From NCBI GenBank assembly GCA_965248195.1, contig CBDFIQ010000002.1:160001-224000 (forward strand): DNA of 64,000 nucleotides, in the 5' to 3' direction. This document shows positions 18,936 through 28,306 of this stretch, in pieces. The DNA is from Longimicrobiales bacterium. GTDB lineage: Bacteria > Gemmatimonadota > Gemmatimonadetes > Longimicrobiales > Gaopeijiaceae. Every line of letters begins with the position of its first letter. The first letter of the stretch is position 1. The notes under the pieces were generated by a model. The model had not been told where the DNA came from. It saw only the letters and a program-made list of their open reading frames with translations, and searched no databases. Position numbers and translations under genes: made by a program.

Positions 18936-20671
18936 CTCGCTGGCGTCCATCCCGGCCATTCAAGCGCATCGCTCCAGTACGAGGCCATGCGTTCTGCAGC
19001 TACCTCGACGGCGGGTCGTCGGGGTGAAAATAGCTCACTCCGGTTGAGTGCGTCCCACTGGTGCATGACATACGCCCACTTGTATTGTGCGTCGCGCTGG
19101 CCACGGCTGACGTCGGAGCGTTGCCTTCGCTGCGCCCAACCGGGGCGCATCCGCCGCAGCCTCGGCCCGGCGAGACGACTGGACTCACGTTTGGCCGCGT
19201 ACTCGACGTTGAGCTGGGCTAGCTCGGCGTCGAGCTCGACCCGGAACGCCTCCAGCGTAGTTTCGTCTGCCCCGGTCTCGACGAGCACGTCGTAGCCGCA
19301 GCGTTCGGTGTCGGGGATCAACTGCACACGGTCGAGCGGCATTCCCACGCGCTCCATCGCGTGGCAGGCGGCCTGCGCGACCTGATCTCCGTGGAGCTTT
19401 TCGCCGGTGAGATTGGTCATGTCGGCGCCTTTGTGCACGAACTTGACCAGGGGCATTTCGCCGTGCATCGCGGTCACTTCCACCACGTCGGAGATGTCGT
19501 AGCGGTACAGCCCGGCCCGTGTAGTCAGCAGGACGTAGTAGCGCCGGCCGACCTCGAGCTCGTGGGCGAGTAATGTGCGTGGGTGGTCACCGCCGTGTTC
19601 CTCTTCCGGAATGAACTCGAAGAAGTTGTCGTGCAGCGTGAGCGCGCCGGCTGCCGTGGAGTCACTCAACGGTACCGCGATAGTCGCCTCGGTTGCCCGC
19701 AGCCCCAGGTCGCGAAGGGCGGCGTCCCCATAGTAGGCGCCTAACTTGCGTGCAAACACGCCAGCGCTCCCACCGAGCCAGCAGCCGATGACCGTCAGAT
19801 TCGGCCAGACGTGCTTGGGCAACAGGGAACCGTGTTGCTCGATCGAGCGCTCCAGCTGTTGGGCGCGGCCAGGGTTCCGCGTCAGCCGCTCCTCAATCAG
19901 CGCGAGTCTCGAACGATCTTCGGTCTCCCTCGGCGACAAGCGACCGAGACCTCCATCGTGGATGGCCGCGATGATGGCTTCGGCGTTCTGCGCGCCGACT
20001 TCGGCAAGGCGGAGCAGTGTCGTCGGGTTTGGAATCCCGACGAGCGAGACGTTGGCTTCGAGCATGAGCCGTGCTGCGACGAGATAGCGCGTGTCGTAGT
20101 TCATGATCTCCCCAACCTCGCCGGGCATCACGTAGTTGCGTTTCACGAGTGCAGACACGCGCTGGTACGTCAGGGCGGAGATCGAGCCACAGGGGATCCC
20201 GCTCTCGGACCGGGACTCCGCTGCCGAGCCGACGAAGCTCAGCGCCTTGCCATCGAAGAGCCCGGGGTGGGCGCGACCCGCCCGGGCCAGCCACAGGCGC
20301 ATCGCCATGGACAGGCCGCCGCACCAGCTCTTGGTCACCGGCACACGCTTCGCTTGACCCGTGGTGCCGGAAGTGGTCCCGAAGAAAAGTGGACTCTCCC
20401 GCGTCAGCACGTGTTCTTCCCCAGCCAACATCCGGTCGACGTAGGGGCGGAACGCTTCATAATCGCGGACGGGAACGGCGTCGGCATAACTCGCAGGGTC
20501 ACTCAGGTCAGCGAAGCCGTGTCGCCTCCCGAACTCGCAAGGAACGTTGGTGCTCAAGATCTGCGAGAGCGTTCGGAGCTGAACCCCCTTTGGGTCGGCG
20601 CTCGCCTGGGCGATCCGCCGATCGGGCTCGCGGCCCCGCGCGGCCACAAAGGCGCTGCAGAGCGTGCTCAT
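18560..20671 (-). CDS. GH3 family protein (copy 2); C-terminus runs antisense into the enolase gene
   Basis: CEFGRRHGF, TTSGTTGQAKRVP, GLRATE, GLYRYDISDVV, TGEKL, AQYK. Confidence 0.88.
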   Translation of the reverse strand: MSTLCSAFVAARGREPDRRIAQASADPKGVQLRTLSQILSTNVPCEFGRRHGFADLSDPASYADAVPVRDYEAFRPYVDRMLAGEEHVLTRESPLFFGTTSGTTGQAKRVPVTKSWCGGLSMAMRLWLARAGRAHPGLFDGKALSFVGSAAESRSESGIPCGSISALTYQRVSALVKRNYVMPGEVGEIMNYDTRYLVAARLMLEANVSLVGIPNPTTLLRLAEVGAQNAEAIIAAIHDGGLGRLSPRETEDRSRLALIEERLTRNPGRAQQLERSIEQHGSLLPKHVWPNLTVIGCWLGGSAGVFARKLGAYYGDAALRDLGLRATEATIAVPLSDSTAAGALTLHDNFFEFIPEEEHGGDHPRTLLAHELEVGRRYYVLLTTRAGLYRYDISDVVEVTAMHGEMPLVKFVHKGADMTNLTGEKLHGDQVAQAACHAMERVGMPLDRVQLIPDTERCGYDVLVETGADETTLEAFRVELDAELAQLNVEYAAKRESSRLAGPRLRRMRPGWAQRRQRSDVSRGQRDAQYKWAYVMHQWDALNRSELFSPRRPAVEVAAERMASYWSDALEWPGWTPASHNGWKIDRAVVTSIPSPGREARPKASASSVPPAPNMRGGSQTSCSSRKVPKAPSWPRRESPAAAATRSPARVSRLVSPTCAPTITGSPNSLARPSKSSDRTTPPIFDTRTFRIQVSGSGRSSSS

Positions 20672-20745
20672 GACAGGCTCCACTCGCTCTCGGCGGATCT
20701 GTCGAGCCGCTTGTGAACCACTTCGACCAACTTGGGCGTATTCAT
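20668..20745 (-). CDS. putative 25-aa peptide MNTPKLVEVVHKRLDRSAESEWSLS
   Basis: AAGGGAG RBS 8 nt upstream of ATG; stop overlaps GH3-2 start (ATGA); below the ORF-track cutoff. Confidence 0.45.
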   Translation of the reverse strand: MNTPKLVEVVHKRLDRSAESEWSLS

Positions 20746-20906
20746 GTGGGTTTCTCCCTTTACCGACCTCCTGCGCGTCTAGTCAACAACAAGATGTGGC
20801 AGACCGGGAGAGTTCTTTATACGTCGGATGACGTAGCAATAGCCGTCAGATTACGTAGCGGTGCACCCACGTATTTCTGCGACTTGCCGAATGGCAGGGG
20901 GGGGCT

Positions 20907-21308
20907 TCAACTGCGAAACGTCCAGCGCTTGAAGAGGATGAAGGCGACAGGAGTCACGATCAGCAGCGCCAGCGCCTGACCGAACGTCGGGTGGAGACCC
21001 GCCACATCGACGAGGACCACCAGCACGGCGACTGTCAGCCCGGCAACGGCGAGGCCCACGATCAGGTAGCGGACGTAGGCGCTCCAGAAGCCGGCGTGCC
21101 CGAGGCGAAACGTGAAGTACCGGTTTCCGAAGTACATCAGAACGTTCGAGATGAAGTAGGCGGCGACCGAGGCGACGACGTACCGCACTCCGCCCTCGAA
21201 GAGCGCCGCGAAGGCGAGGAGATTCACCACATAGCCGCCCACTCCGACCAGCACGAACTTCAACGGCTGGCCGACTCGGGTGCCAAGCTGCGGAATGGAC
21301 TCTTTCAT
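20907..21308 (-). CDS. GtrA family membrane protein
   Basis: KFVLVG, NRYFTF, KRWTF, four TM helices, 133 aa. Confidence 0.85.
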   Translation of the reverse strand: MKESIPQLGTRVGQPLKFVLVGVGGYVVNLLAFAALFEGGVRYVVASVAAYFISNVLMYFGNRYFTFRLGHAGFWSAYVRYLIVGLAVAGLTVAVLVVLVDVAGLHPTFGQALALLIVTPVAFILFKRWTFRS

Positions 21309-22435
21309 CGGGCGCCCCGGCGCAGATAACTCTCGACCTGACGGGCGAGGCGCCGGGAGTCGCGATTCGCCTCGAACAGCGCCCCGCGCGGCGTCTCGTT
21401 GAAGCCGATGAAGAACAGGCCCGGCACCGGGTCGGAGCTGCGCGGGTATGCGCGCTCGTCGAGGGCTTCTCGCGCATCGAGAAGCTCATCGAGGCCACTG
21501 CGGAAGCCTGTCGCCGCGACGATGGCGTCGAACTCCTCGGTGCGCCCGTCGGCGAAGACGACACCGCGCTCCGTGAGCCGGCTTGGGTCCGGGAGCACGT
21601 CGATCTTCCCGTTCTTGAGCTGCGTCAGGAAACCGACGTCGATGACGGGCGGTCGGCGCGCGGTGAACGGGCCCCAGGCTTCCGGGCCGATCCCGTAAAC
21701 ACTCAGGTCGCCGTTGGAGAACCGCCGCAAGGCCGCCCCGAGCCGATCGACCAGCTTCGGTGGAAACGGCGCGAGCAGGATTCCGAGCATCTGAACCGGA
21801 ATGCCGACGATCTCCCGCGAGGTGATCGCGGGCGACGTCCGAACCGCGATAGCGACGCGGGCTGCTCCCGACTCGACGAGGTCCGCCGCGATCTCCGCGC
21901 CGCTGTTTCCGATTCCGACGACGAGCACGCGCTTTCCGGCGTACAGCTCGCCACACCGGTAGTCGGCGGAATGTTCGATCGTGCCGCGGAAGGTCTCCGT
22001 TCCCGGCCAGGATGGCAGACGCGGGATTCTGTGCTTCCCCGTGGCGACGACGACGGCGCGGGCCTCCAGATTGCCGCCGTGCATTTGGAGGGCCCAGCCC
22101 GGGCCGTCTCCAGCTCGCCGGATTTTGGCGAGCTTCCGGTTGAGCACAACCCGCAGCCCGTGGTGCCGCGCGTAATCCGCGAGATAGAGCGCATAGTCGT
22201 CCTTGGGGACGTAGCGCGGCAGGTTGCGCGGCAGCGGGTGGTACGGCAAACCGGACAGTGCACGGGTCGTGTGCAGGTGCAGCCTGTCATAGCGCCGAGC
22301 CCAGGTGCCGCCGATCCGCCCGTCACCCTCGAGGATCAAGGGGTCGAGCCCGCGTCGCTTCATAGCGGCGCCGGCGGCCAGGCCCGAGGCGCCTGCCCCG
22401 AGGACCGCCACGTCGACGTGCTCAGTAGGAGGCAT
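21305..22435 (-). CDS. flavin-containing monooxygenase, YUCCA-like
   Basis: GAGASG (FAD), WxxRYDRLHLH, VVATG, FRGTIEHSADY (FMO motif), GIGNSG (NADPH), ATGF. Confidence 0.88.
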   Translation of the reverse strand: MPPTEHVDVAVLGAGASGLAAGAAMKRRGLDPLILEGDGRIGGTWARRYDRLHLHTTRALSGLPYHPLPRNLPRYVPKDDYALYLADYARHHGLRVVLNRKLAKIRRAGDGPGWALQMHGGNLEARAVVVATGKHRIPRLPSWPGTETFRGTIEHSADYRCGELYAGKRVLVVGIGNSGAEIAADLVESGAARVAIAVRTSPAITSREIVGIPVQMLGILLAPFPPKLVDRLGAALRRFSNGDLSVYGIGPEAWGPFTARRPPVIDVGFLTQLKNGKIDVLPDPSRLTERGVVFADGRTEEFDAIVAATGFRSGLDELLDAREALDERAYPRSSDPVPGLFFIGFNETPRGALFEANRDSRRLARQVESYLRRGAR

Positions 22436-22925
22436 GGTAGCTCCCGAGCGTGTGGACGAACGCTGCCAGAACGAAATGGAAGACGATCGGAATGGCACCG
22501 CCCGACCAGCGCTGCTCCGGCCTTCTTCCCATGCGGACGGCGTACCGAATGACCATGGCACCGACGTACACGTAGCTGAACCAGATGAGCGAGAAGCCCA
22601 GGACGCCGTGCGGCTGGGCCAAGAATCCGGCGTCCCGCGTCAGGTCCCGGGCGATCCAGCCCATCACGGCCAAGAAGAGAATCTGGGTCGGAAGCAGAAG
22701 CCGGTACGGCGTGAGGTTCCACTGCTCCATCGGCGGCAGCCAGCGCGGGGCACGGACGACGACGACGACCTGCCCGAGGACCCGTAGCAGGAAGAGAGCG
22801 AGGAAAATCCAGAGGAACATGCCGGCAAATCGCGGGTCGACCTCTGACGCGACGGTTCGGATGCGGAAGACCGCCACCGCGCAGGCCGTGAACACGAGCG
22901 TGGCGAGGAGCACCGCCTCGGTCAC
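22422..22925 (-). CDS. hypothetical membrane protein
   Basis: About 5 hydrophobic helices; overlaps the FMO start. Confidence 0.7.
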   Translation of the reverse strand: MTEAVLLATLVFTACAVAVFRIRTVASEVDPRFAGMFLWIFLALFLLRVLGQVVVVVRAPRWLPPMEQWNLTPYRLLLPTQILFLAVMGWIARDLTRDAGFLAQPHGVLGFSLIWFSYVYVGAMVIRYAVRMGRRPEQRWSGGAIPIVFHFVLAAFVHTLGSYHASY

Positions 22926-22965
22926 GCGCGGTGAAGCCTCGGCGCCTCGATCAAAAAAAGATCGG

Positions 22966-23685
22966 TCAGTCGTGATCGCGGTTTCTCGAGTCGATTTCTT
23001 CCATCGTCACCCACGCCAGGGCCTTCGCCGCGGCGTACCGGTACGCCCGTTCCCGAAACGCTTGGAAGCTCACTGCAGAGGCCAGCAGGCTCACCATGAA
23101 CACCTGAGAGCGGATGATCGGGAAGGGTCCGAAGGACCCGGCGCCGTCGAGGGCGGCGACGGGAGCCCAGAACGGGAGGATGAAAGCCAGGACTGCCAAC
23201 GGGATAATGAATCCCCGAGCCATTCGGTACTGTTCGCGATACACCTGGATCGTCTCGTAGACGTGGGGTGCGCGGATCATAACCTGGTACTCCACGCCGT
23301 GCATGAACATACCTGCCCTCCACGCGCGGTTGTGAATGCCTTCCTCTTCGTCCCACAGGTCCGCATAGGTGGGTCCCCCCGGCGAGGGATAAATCCCGCC
23401 CAGGGCCGCCAGGCGGTTTTCCACCGCCCCGCTCGCCAAGACGTCCAGGGTCCACTGATTCTTCTGCTTGTGGAGGAGCCCTCGCGAGATCGTGTGCATG
23501 ACGATCCCCAGCGCGAACGACACCGTCAGGAGGGTCACGAGGACGAACACTGCCTGACTCCCGGTCCATGCCGGGATCTCTTCGACGTTGAACGTCGGTG
23601 ACCATACATCGGCCAGCACCAGCAAGACCATCGAAGTGAACAGGCCAGGGACCAGCGTCGTGACAGCCAGATAGAATGGTCGCAT
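22966..23685 (-). CDS. hypothetical membrane protein
   Basis: Four hydrophobic segments; GGAG RBS before ATG 23685. Confidence 0.65.
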   Translation of the reverse strand: MRPFYLAVTTLVPGLFTSMVLLVLADVWSPTFNVEEIPAWTGSQAVFVLVTLLTVSFALGIVMHTISRGLLHKQKNQWTLDVLASGAVENRLAALGGIYPSPGGPTYADLWDEEEGIHNRAWRAGMFMHGVEYQVMIRAPHVYETIQVYREQYRMARGFIIPLAVLAFILPFWAPVAALDGAGSFGPFPIIRSQVFMVSLLASAVSFQAFRERAYRYAAAKALAWVTMEEIDSRNRDHD

Positions 23686-23873
23686 CGATCGGACTCCGAA
23701 GAGGGGTGGCGAAGTCTGCTCAGTAGGCCGCGAGGCCTCGAACTTCATGGACTCGCATGCCATAGATCTACTATAGGCCTGAGGCCGCCGATGCCGAAAT
23801 AGTTTCTTCCTCTAACCACTTCCTCTCAACGTCCGTAGCCCTCACGTAGTCTCTGTGGAAATCGAGAGAATCT

Positions 23874-24896
23874 CTACCCCTCGAGTTCCTCTCCGGGCGC
23901 TCTGTCCTCCCGGTGCCTCTCGATGAAGTCATCCGTCCCGGCGGGGAGCAGGAGGCTGTCTGCAATCGCCGCGATCTCTTCGGCTTCCTCCCACGCCCGC
24001 TCGAGCCGCCACAGCTCGCCGTCGAGCGCGCGCCGCTCCTGCTCCTCGTGGAGGGCCATCTCCAGGGCGAGCTTCGTGGGTCCGGGCATCTTGTTCACGT
24101 ATCCCGGAATGCCCTTCTTGTCCTTGTAGCGGTTTCCGGAAACCACGTAGGAGAGGAAGTCGTCGGGGTGACCGTGATGCTCGATCTCCGAGACCGCAGT
24201 CTGGACCGTCTCCCTCTTGCCGCCTCTGCGGTTCATCTTCGGGATGATCTGGCCGATGAGGCGCTCCGCCTCCTCCCCCTCGAACCACTCCTTCTTCTTG
24301 CCTCGGCGTATCTCTAGGGAGAAGCCGTGCCCGTCGGTATCCGAGCGGAGACGCGTACCCAGTAGGTCGGGATTCTTTAGCTTGATGACCCGGCCGCCGT
24401 CGGTGCGGAGCTTGGCCAGTGTGCGCCCGTTCACCCACAGGTTCACGAAGTTACCGCTCTGTGCCAGCAGCGCGCCGCTGAGCACGCCAGCCACAGCGCC
24501 GCCGACGACGATCCCGCCGATCACCACGGCACCACCCACGCCGTAGATCATTGCACGTTTGCGACGGCGGCCAAACTGATCTCCGTAGCGCCAAGCCGCG
24601 AACTCCGGCCTCATGGGCCGGCCGATCCGCACGAGTTCGAGCCCCTCCGGGTGCTTTGCCAGGCCCACGTTCTCCGTCGACACGCGAATTCGAGTGTCCC
24701 TGAAGAGCCGCTCGCAAGTCTCCACGGCCTCCCACCGCTCCTCGAGCGGGGAGAGGTTCCAGCGCTCGCACTTGCGGCAGACGACCCAGAGACGGCCCCG
24801 CCCCGCGTCGAAGGCCAACCGACGACCTACGGGGAAATGCTCGACCACCTCGTTCGTACCGAGTGGGCGGTTGCAAAACATGCAGGTCTTGTACAT
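23874..24896 (-). CDS. hypothetical protein with N-terminal CxxC...CxxC zinc ribbon and one TM
   Basis: CMFC, CRKC, central Gly-rich hydrophobic helix, high-GC codon usage. Confidence 0.75.
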   Translation of the reverse strand: MYKTCMFCNRPLGTNEVVEHFPVGRRLAFDAGRGRLWVVCRKCERWNLSPLEERWEAVETCERLFRDTRIRVSTENVGLAKHPEGLELVRIGRPMRPEFAAWRYGDQFGRRRKRAMIYGVGGAVVIGGIVVGGAVAGVLSGALLAQSGNFVNLWVNGRTLAKLRTDGGRVIKLKNPDLLGTRLRSDTDGHGFSLEIRRGKKKEWFEGEEAERLIGQIIPKMNRRGGKRETVQTAVSEIEHHGHPDDFLSYVVSGNRYKDKKGIPGYVNKMPGPTKLALEMALHEEQERRALDGELWRLERAWEEAEEIAAIADSLLLPAGTDDFIERHREDRAPGEELEG

Positions 24897-25131
24897 CGCG
24901 GGTCCGAGAGAGAGGGGTGACGATCACCTCTACTACAGAGCCGAAGGCACGAGTGTTCACCACGTCCGAAGTCAACGGCGACCCTGGGGTATGACACGTC
25001 GGAATCGCCACTCGCGTGATGGAGCCTGCTCGGAGACACCTTGGATCTTCGACCTACTTTATTCTCCGCGTTGCGGGTCCTGACGCGATTTTCTCGTGCA
25101 GCACCCCCCCCGCCGTTGGTATATTTTAAAG

Positions 25132-26805
25132 ATGCCCAAGCGCACTCCACCGCACACGACTGTCGTCGACCAGGTCCCCAAGGCATTCCGCCTGGAGAGC
25201 ATCAAGAGCCGGATCGTGGGCCTCGCCTTGCTGGCCACGCTGATTCCGTCTCTGGGCATGGCCTGGATCTCGTACGTCCAGAACCGCGCGGCCCTGACCG
25301 ACAAGATCGCCGAAGAGCTGCGGAGCGTGGGTGCGCAGACCGCACGCGAGCTCGACCTCTGGTTCAAAGAGCGACTCTATGACGTCCGGGTCTTCGCGAG
25401 CTCCTACGAGGTAACCGAGAACATCGAGCGCGCTCGACAGACGGACGGGGGCGGTCAAGCGGGCGCTCGGCTAAACAACTACGTCACGTCGGTCGGGGAG
25501 CGGTTTCCGGACTACGAGGAGTTGATCGTCATCGACCGGGAAGGCCAGCCGCTCGCAACGAGCGCCGAGCACGCGGGCGACGTTCATCTCCCCCCCGGCT
25601 GGCTCGATCGTGTGGCGGGAGGCCAGGTGGTGGTCGCGGATGCATACTGGGACGAGCGGCTCGGCCAATCGCTCATGACCATTGCGGTCCCGGTCACCGC
25701 TGACGACCGCAACTTCGTGGGCGCGCTCGTCGCCAACGTTTCGTACCGGGCCGTGCTGACCACCCTGCTGGTCTTCGCGCCGGGCGATTCGGGCGACTTA
25801 TACGTGATCGCCCCGGAGGGCGCCGAGATCGTCAGCTCACGTGGTGACGAGCGGCCGCGCGCCGGGCGGAGGCTCTCGTCCGCCACGACGGAGCTCCTTT
25901 TCGCCAACGAGAGCAGTCCCGTCAGATACGCCAATCGTGAGGGAAGCGAGGTCATCGGAACCCTGGAGCGGGTTCCGAGCTTAGAGTGGGCGGTCGTGGC
26001 GGAGATCACGGCGGAAGAGGCCTACGCACAGGTCAAGCAGCTACGCGACATGACTGCCCTACTCGTGATGGGGCTCCTGGTCGTGGTCGGCTTCATCGCG
26101 TACTGGCTGGGCCTGCTGATCGTGCGCCCGCTGGATCGGCTGACCACGGGAGCCACGGAGGTTGCGGAGGGAGACCTCGACGTGGATCTGCCCGTGGGCA
26201 GGGGTGAGGTCGGGTACCTCACCGAAGTGTTCAACGGGATGGTCGACCGCCTGAGAGAGGGACGGCAGCAACTCGAAGAGCTGCTGGTCACCGATCCACT
26301 CACCGGGATCTCCAACCGCCGGCACCTGATGGAGACGATGAAGAATGAAGCGCGCCGCTCGCGCCGTTCGAAAAAGTCTTTCGCGATCCTCATGGTGGAT
26401 GTCGACCATTTCAAGAAGTTCAACGACACGCACGACCATATCGCGGGAGACGAGGCCCTCAAGGCCGTTGCAGAGGTCCTGCAGGGGGGGACGCACGAGA
26501 TCGATCACGTGGCACGTTACGGAGGTGAAGAATTCCTGGTCGTGCTGCCGGACACGGACATCGCCGGCGCGGTCAGGGCAGCCGAGCGGATCCGGGAGCG
26601 GCTTGCCAAGCGCAGCGTGGCCGTCGGGGAGCGGTCGGTCAAGCTGACCGTGAGCACCGGCGTCGCCCAGTTTCCCATCGACGGGGATTCACCCGAAGAT
26701 TTGGTCCTTTCGGCAGACACGGCGCTCTACCAGGCCACCCGGAACCTGTCAACGACAATGGGACACTCTACGGGATTAATTAGAGAGCAATATCCTGTGT
26801 GGTGA
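25132..26805 (+). pseudogene. sensor diguanylate cyclase (TM-dCache-TM-HAMP-GGDEF) interrupted by an IS at 26737
   Basis: DPLTG..NRR, DVDHFKxFND, RYGGEEF, ADTALYQA, then IS-derived sequence. Confidence 0.92.
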
Positions 26806-27787
26806 GGGAAGGGATGGGAGGATTGATGTAGACGGCCTCCGGGAGCGGTTTGGGCTTCGGCACACCTGTGACGAAGCGTTCGGGATGAGCGGCCCATGCT
26901 TCGCGGAGCACGGATTTCCTGCCGGCAATGACCTGATCGGCGTTCCCGAAGTGGACCTGCTCGGGGGTTAGCATCGAGATACCGCCATGGCGGTGCTCGG
27001 CATTGTACCAGCGGAAGAACGATCGACACAACGTCTTGGCCTGGCCCTGATCCCCGAACCGCCCGGGAAACGAGGGATGGTACTTCAAGGTTTTGAACTG
27101 AGCCTCGGAAAACGGGTTGTCATCCGACACCTGAGGCCGGCTCAACGAGCGAGTCACGCCGAGGTCAGCGAGAAGTTGAGCGGTGCATTGGCTCGTCATT
27201 GGAGCTCCCCGATCCGAGTGCAGGGTCAGGACCCGGGGCTGGACGCCATGCTTCAGGCAGCTCTGCTGGATCAACCGGCCGGCCAGGGCCGAGTTCTCCC
27301 GGTCCGCCACCATCCAGCCCACGACGTAGCGGCTGTAGATGTCCATGATGACGTAGAGGTAGTAATAGCTCCACTTCTTCGGCCCGAGTAGCCGCGTGAT
27401 ATCCCAGGACCACACCTGGTTCGGCGCCGTGGCCATCAACTCGGGCTTCTTGTACTCGGGATGGGTGCGCTGCGCCCGGCGTTCCTGAACCGGCACCTCG
27501 GAGGCCAGAACACGATACATCGTGCGTTCGCTGCACAGGTAGACCTCTTCGTCGAGCAGCGTGGCCACCACCTCGGCGGGTGAGCGGTCCACGAACCGCT
27601 CCGAACACAGCGTGTCGAAGACCTCGCCTCGTTCCGTCTCGCTCAATGCCCGGGCGGGCGTCGGGCGGGGCTGCCGTTGCCCGGTCGATGGGCCTCGACG
27701 ACGGTAGAACGTCGATCGGGAGACCTCGAGAGCCGCGCACGCCGGTTTTACACCGACGTGCTTAGCCAGCTCATCGGCCGCCTTCAA
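26780..27787 (-). CDS. IS3-family transposase OrfB (rve/DDE)
   Basis: WSWDIT, HSDRG, DNPFSEAQFKTLK, WYNxxHRH. Confidence 0.95.
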   Translation of the reverse strand: MKAADELAKHVGVKPACAALEVSRSTFYRRRGPSTGQRQPRPTPARALSETERGEVFDTLCSERFVDRSPAEVVATLLDEEVYLCSERTMYRVLASEVPVQERRAQRTHPEYKKPELMATAPNQVWSWDITRLLGPKKWSYYYLYVIMDIYSRYVVGWMVADRENSALAGRLIQQSCLKHGVQPRVLTLHSDRGAPMTSQCTAQLLADLGVTRSLSRPQVSDDNPFSEAQFKTLKYHPSFPGRFGDQGQAKTLCRSFFRWYNAEHRHGGISMLTPEQVHFGNADQVIAGRKSVLREAWAAHPERFVTGVPKPKPLPEAVYINPPIPSLTTQDIAL

Positions 27788-28233
27788 GAGTTCGTCCCGT
27801 CGTCGAGGCTTATCCCCAGCAGCCCCGCAACTTTTCCCTGCACGTCGATGATCAGGTGTGCCTTCCTGAGCTCATTCTCGAGCCGTGCGTTTTGCCGCTC
27901 CAGCTTGCGTACCTTCTCATCCAGCGGATTCCGCTCCGGCTTGCGGCCGCGTTTCTTCGACAGGGCCTTCAGCGACCCGCTATGCGCCGCCTTGCGCCAC
28001 GTCGTCAGGTGCGACGAGTACAGGCCCTCGCGCCGCAGGAGCTGACCCACCTCGCCGGGCTCGGTGCACCGGTCCGCTTCTTCGACGATCCGCAGCTTGT
28101 ACGATGGACTGAACCGCCGGCGTAGCGGCCTATCTACTACCTCCGGGTCCGCAGGAGCTGCCGCGCTTCGCTTGGCCTCCCCGATTCCAGGGGCACTACC
28201 ATTCTCTTCCATTCTCTCTCGCAGTCCCAACAT
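27784..28233 (-). CDS. IS3-family transposase OrfA
   Basis: RRRFSxxYKLRI, LLRREGLYSSHL, coiled coil; overlaps orfB by 4 nt. Confidence 0.9.
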   Translation of the reverse strand: MLGLRERMEENGSAPGIGEAKRSAAAPADPEVVDRPLRRRFSPSYKLRIVEEADRCTEPGEVGQLLRREGLYSSHLTTWRKAAHSGSLKALSKKRGRKPERNPLDEKVRKLERQNARLENELRKAHLIIDVQGKVAGLLGISLDDGTNS

Positions 28234-28306
28234 GTTCGTTTTCTCTGCCTTCGCCCTACTCTAATTCTTTGCGTGCTCCGTGTCTCACGTACGTTGGCAG
28301 AGAGGG

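Larger units (their letters stand above)
26737..28306 (-). mobile_element. IS3-family insertion sequence
   Basis: orfA + orfB DDE transposase; imperfect subterminal IRs TGTCAACGACAATGGGACAC / TGCCAACGTACGTGAGACAC; excision restores the GGDEF frame. Confidence 0.92.

Noticed and set aside
25117..25134. Extended -10 (TGGTATATT) giving a leaderless DGC transcript
   Set aside because: Plausible, but a single short motif is too weak without TSS data
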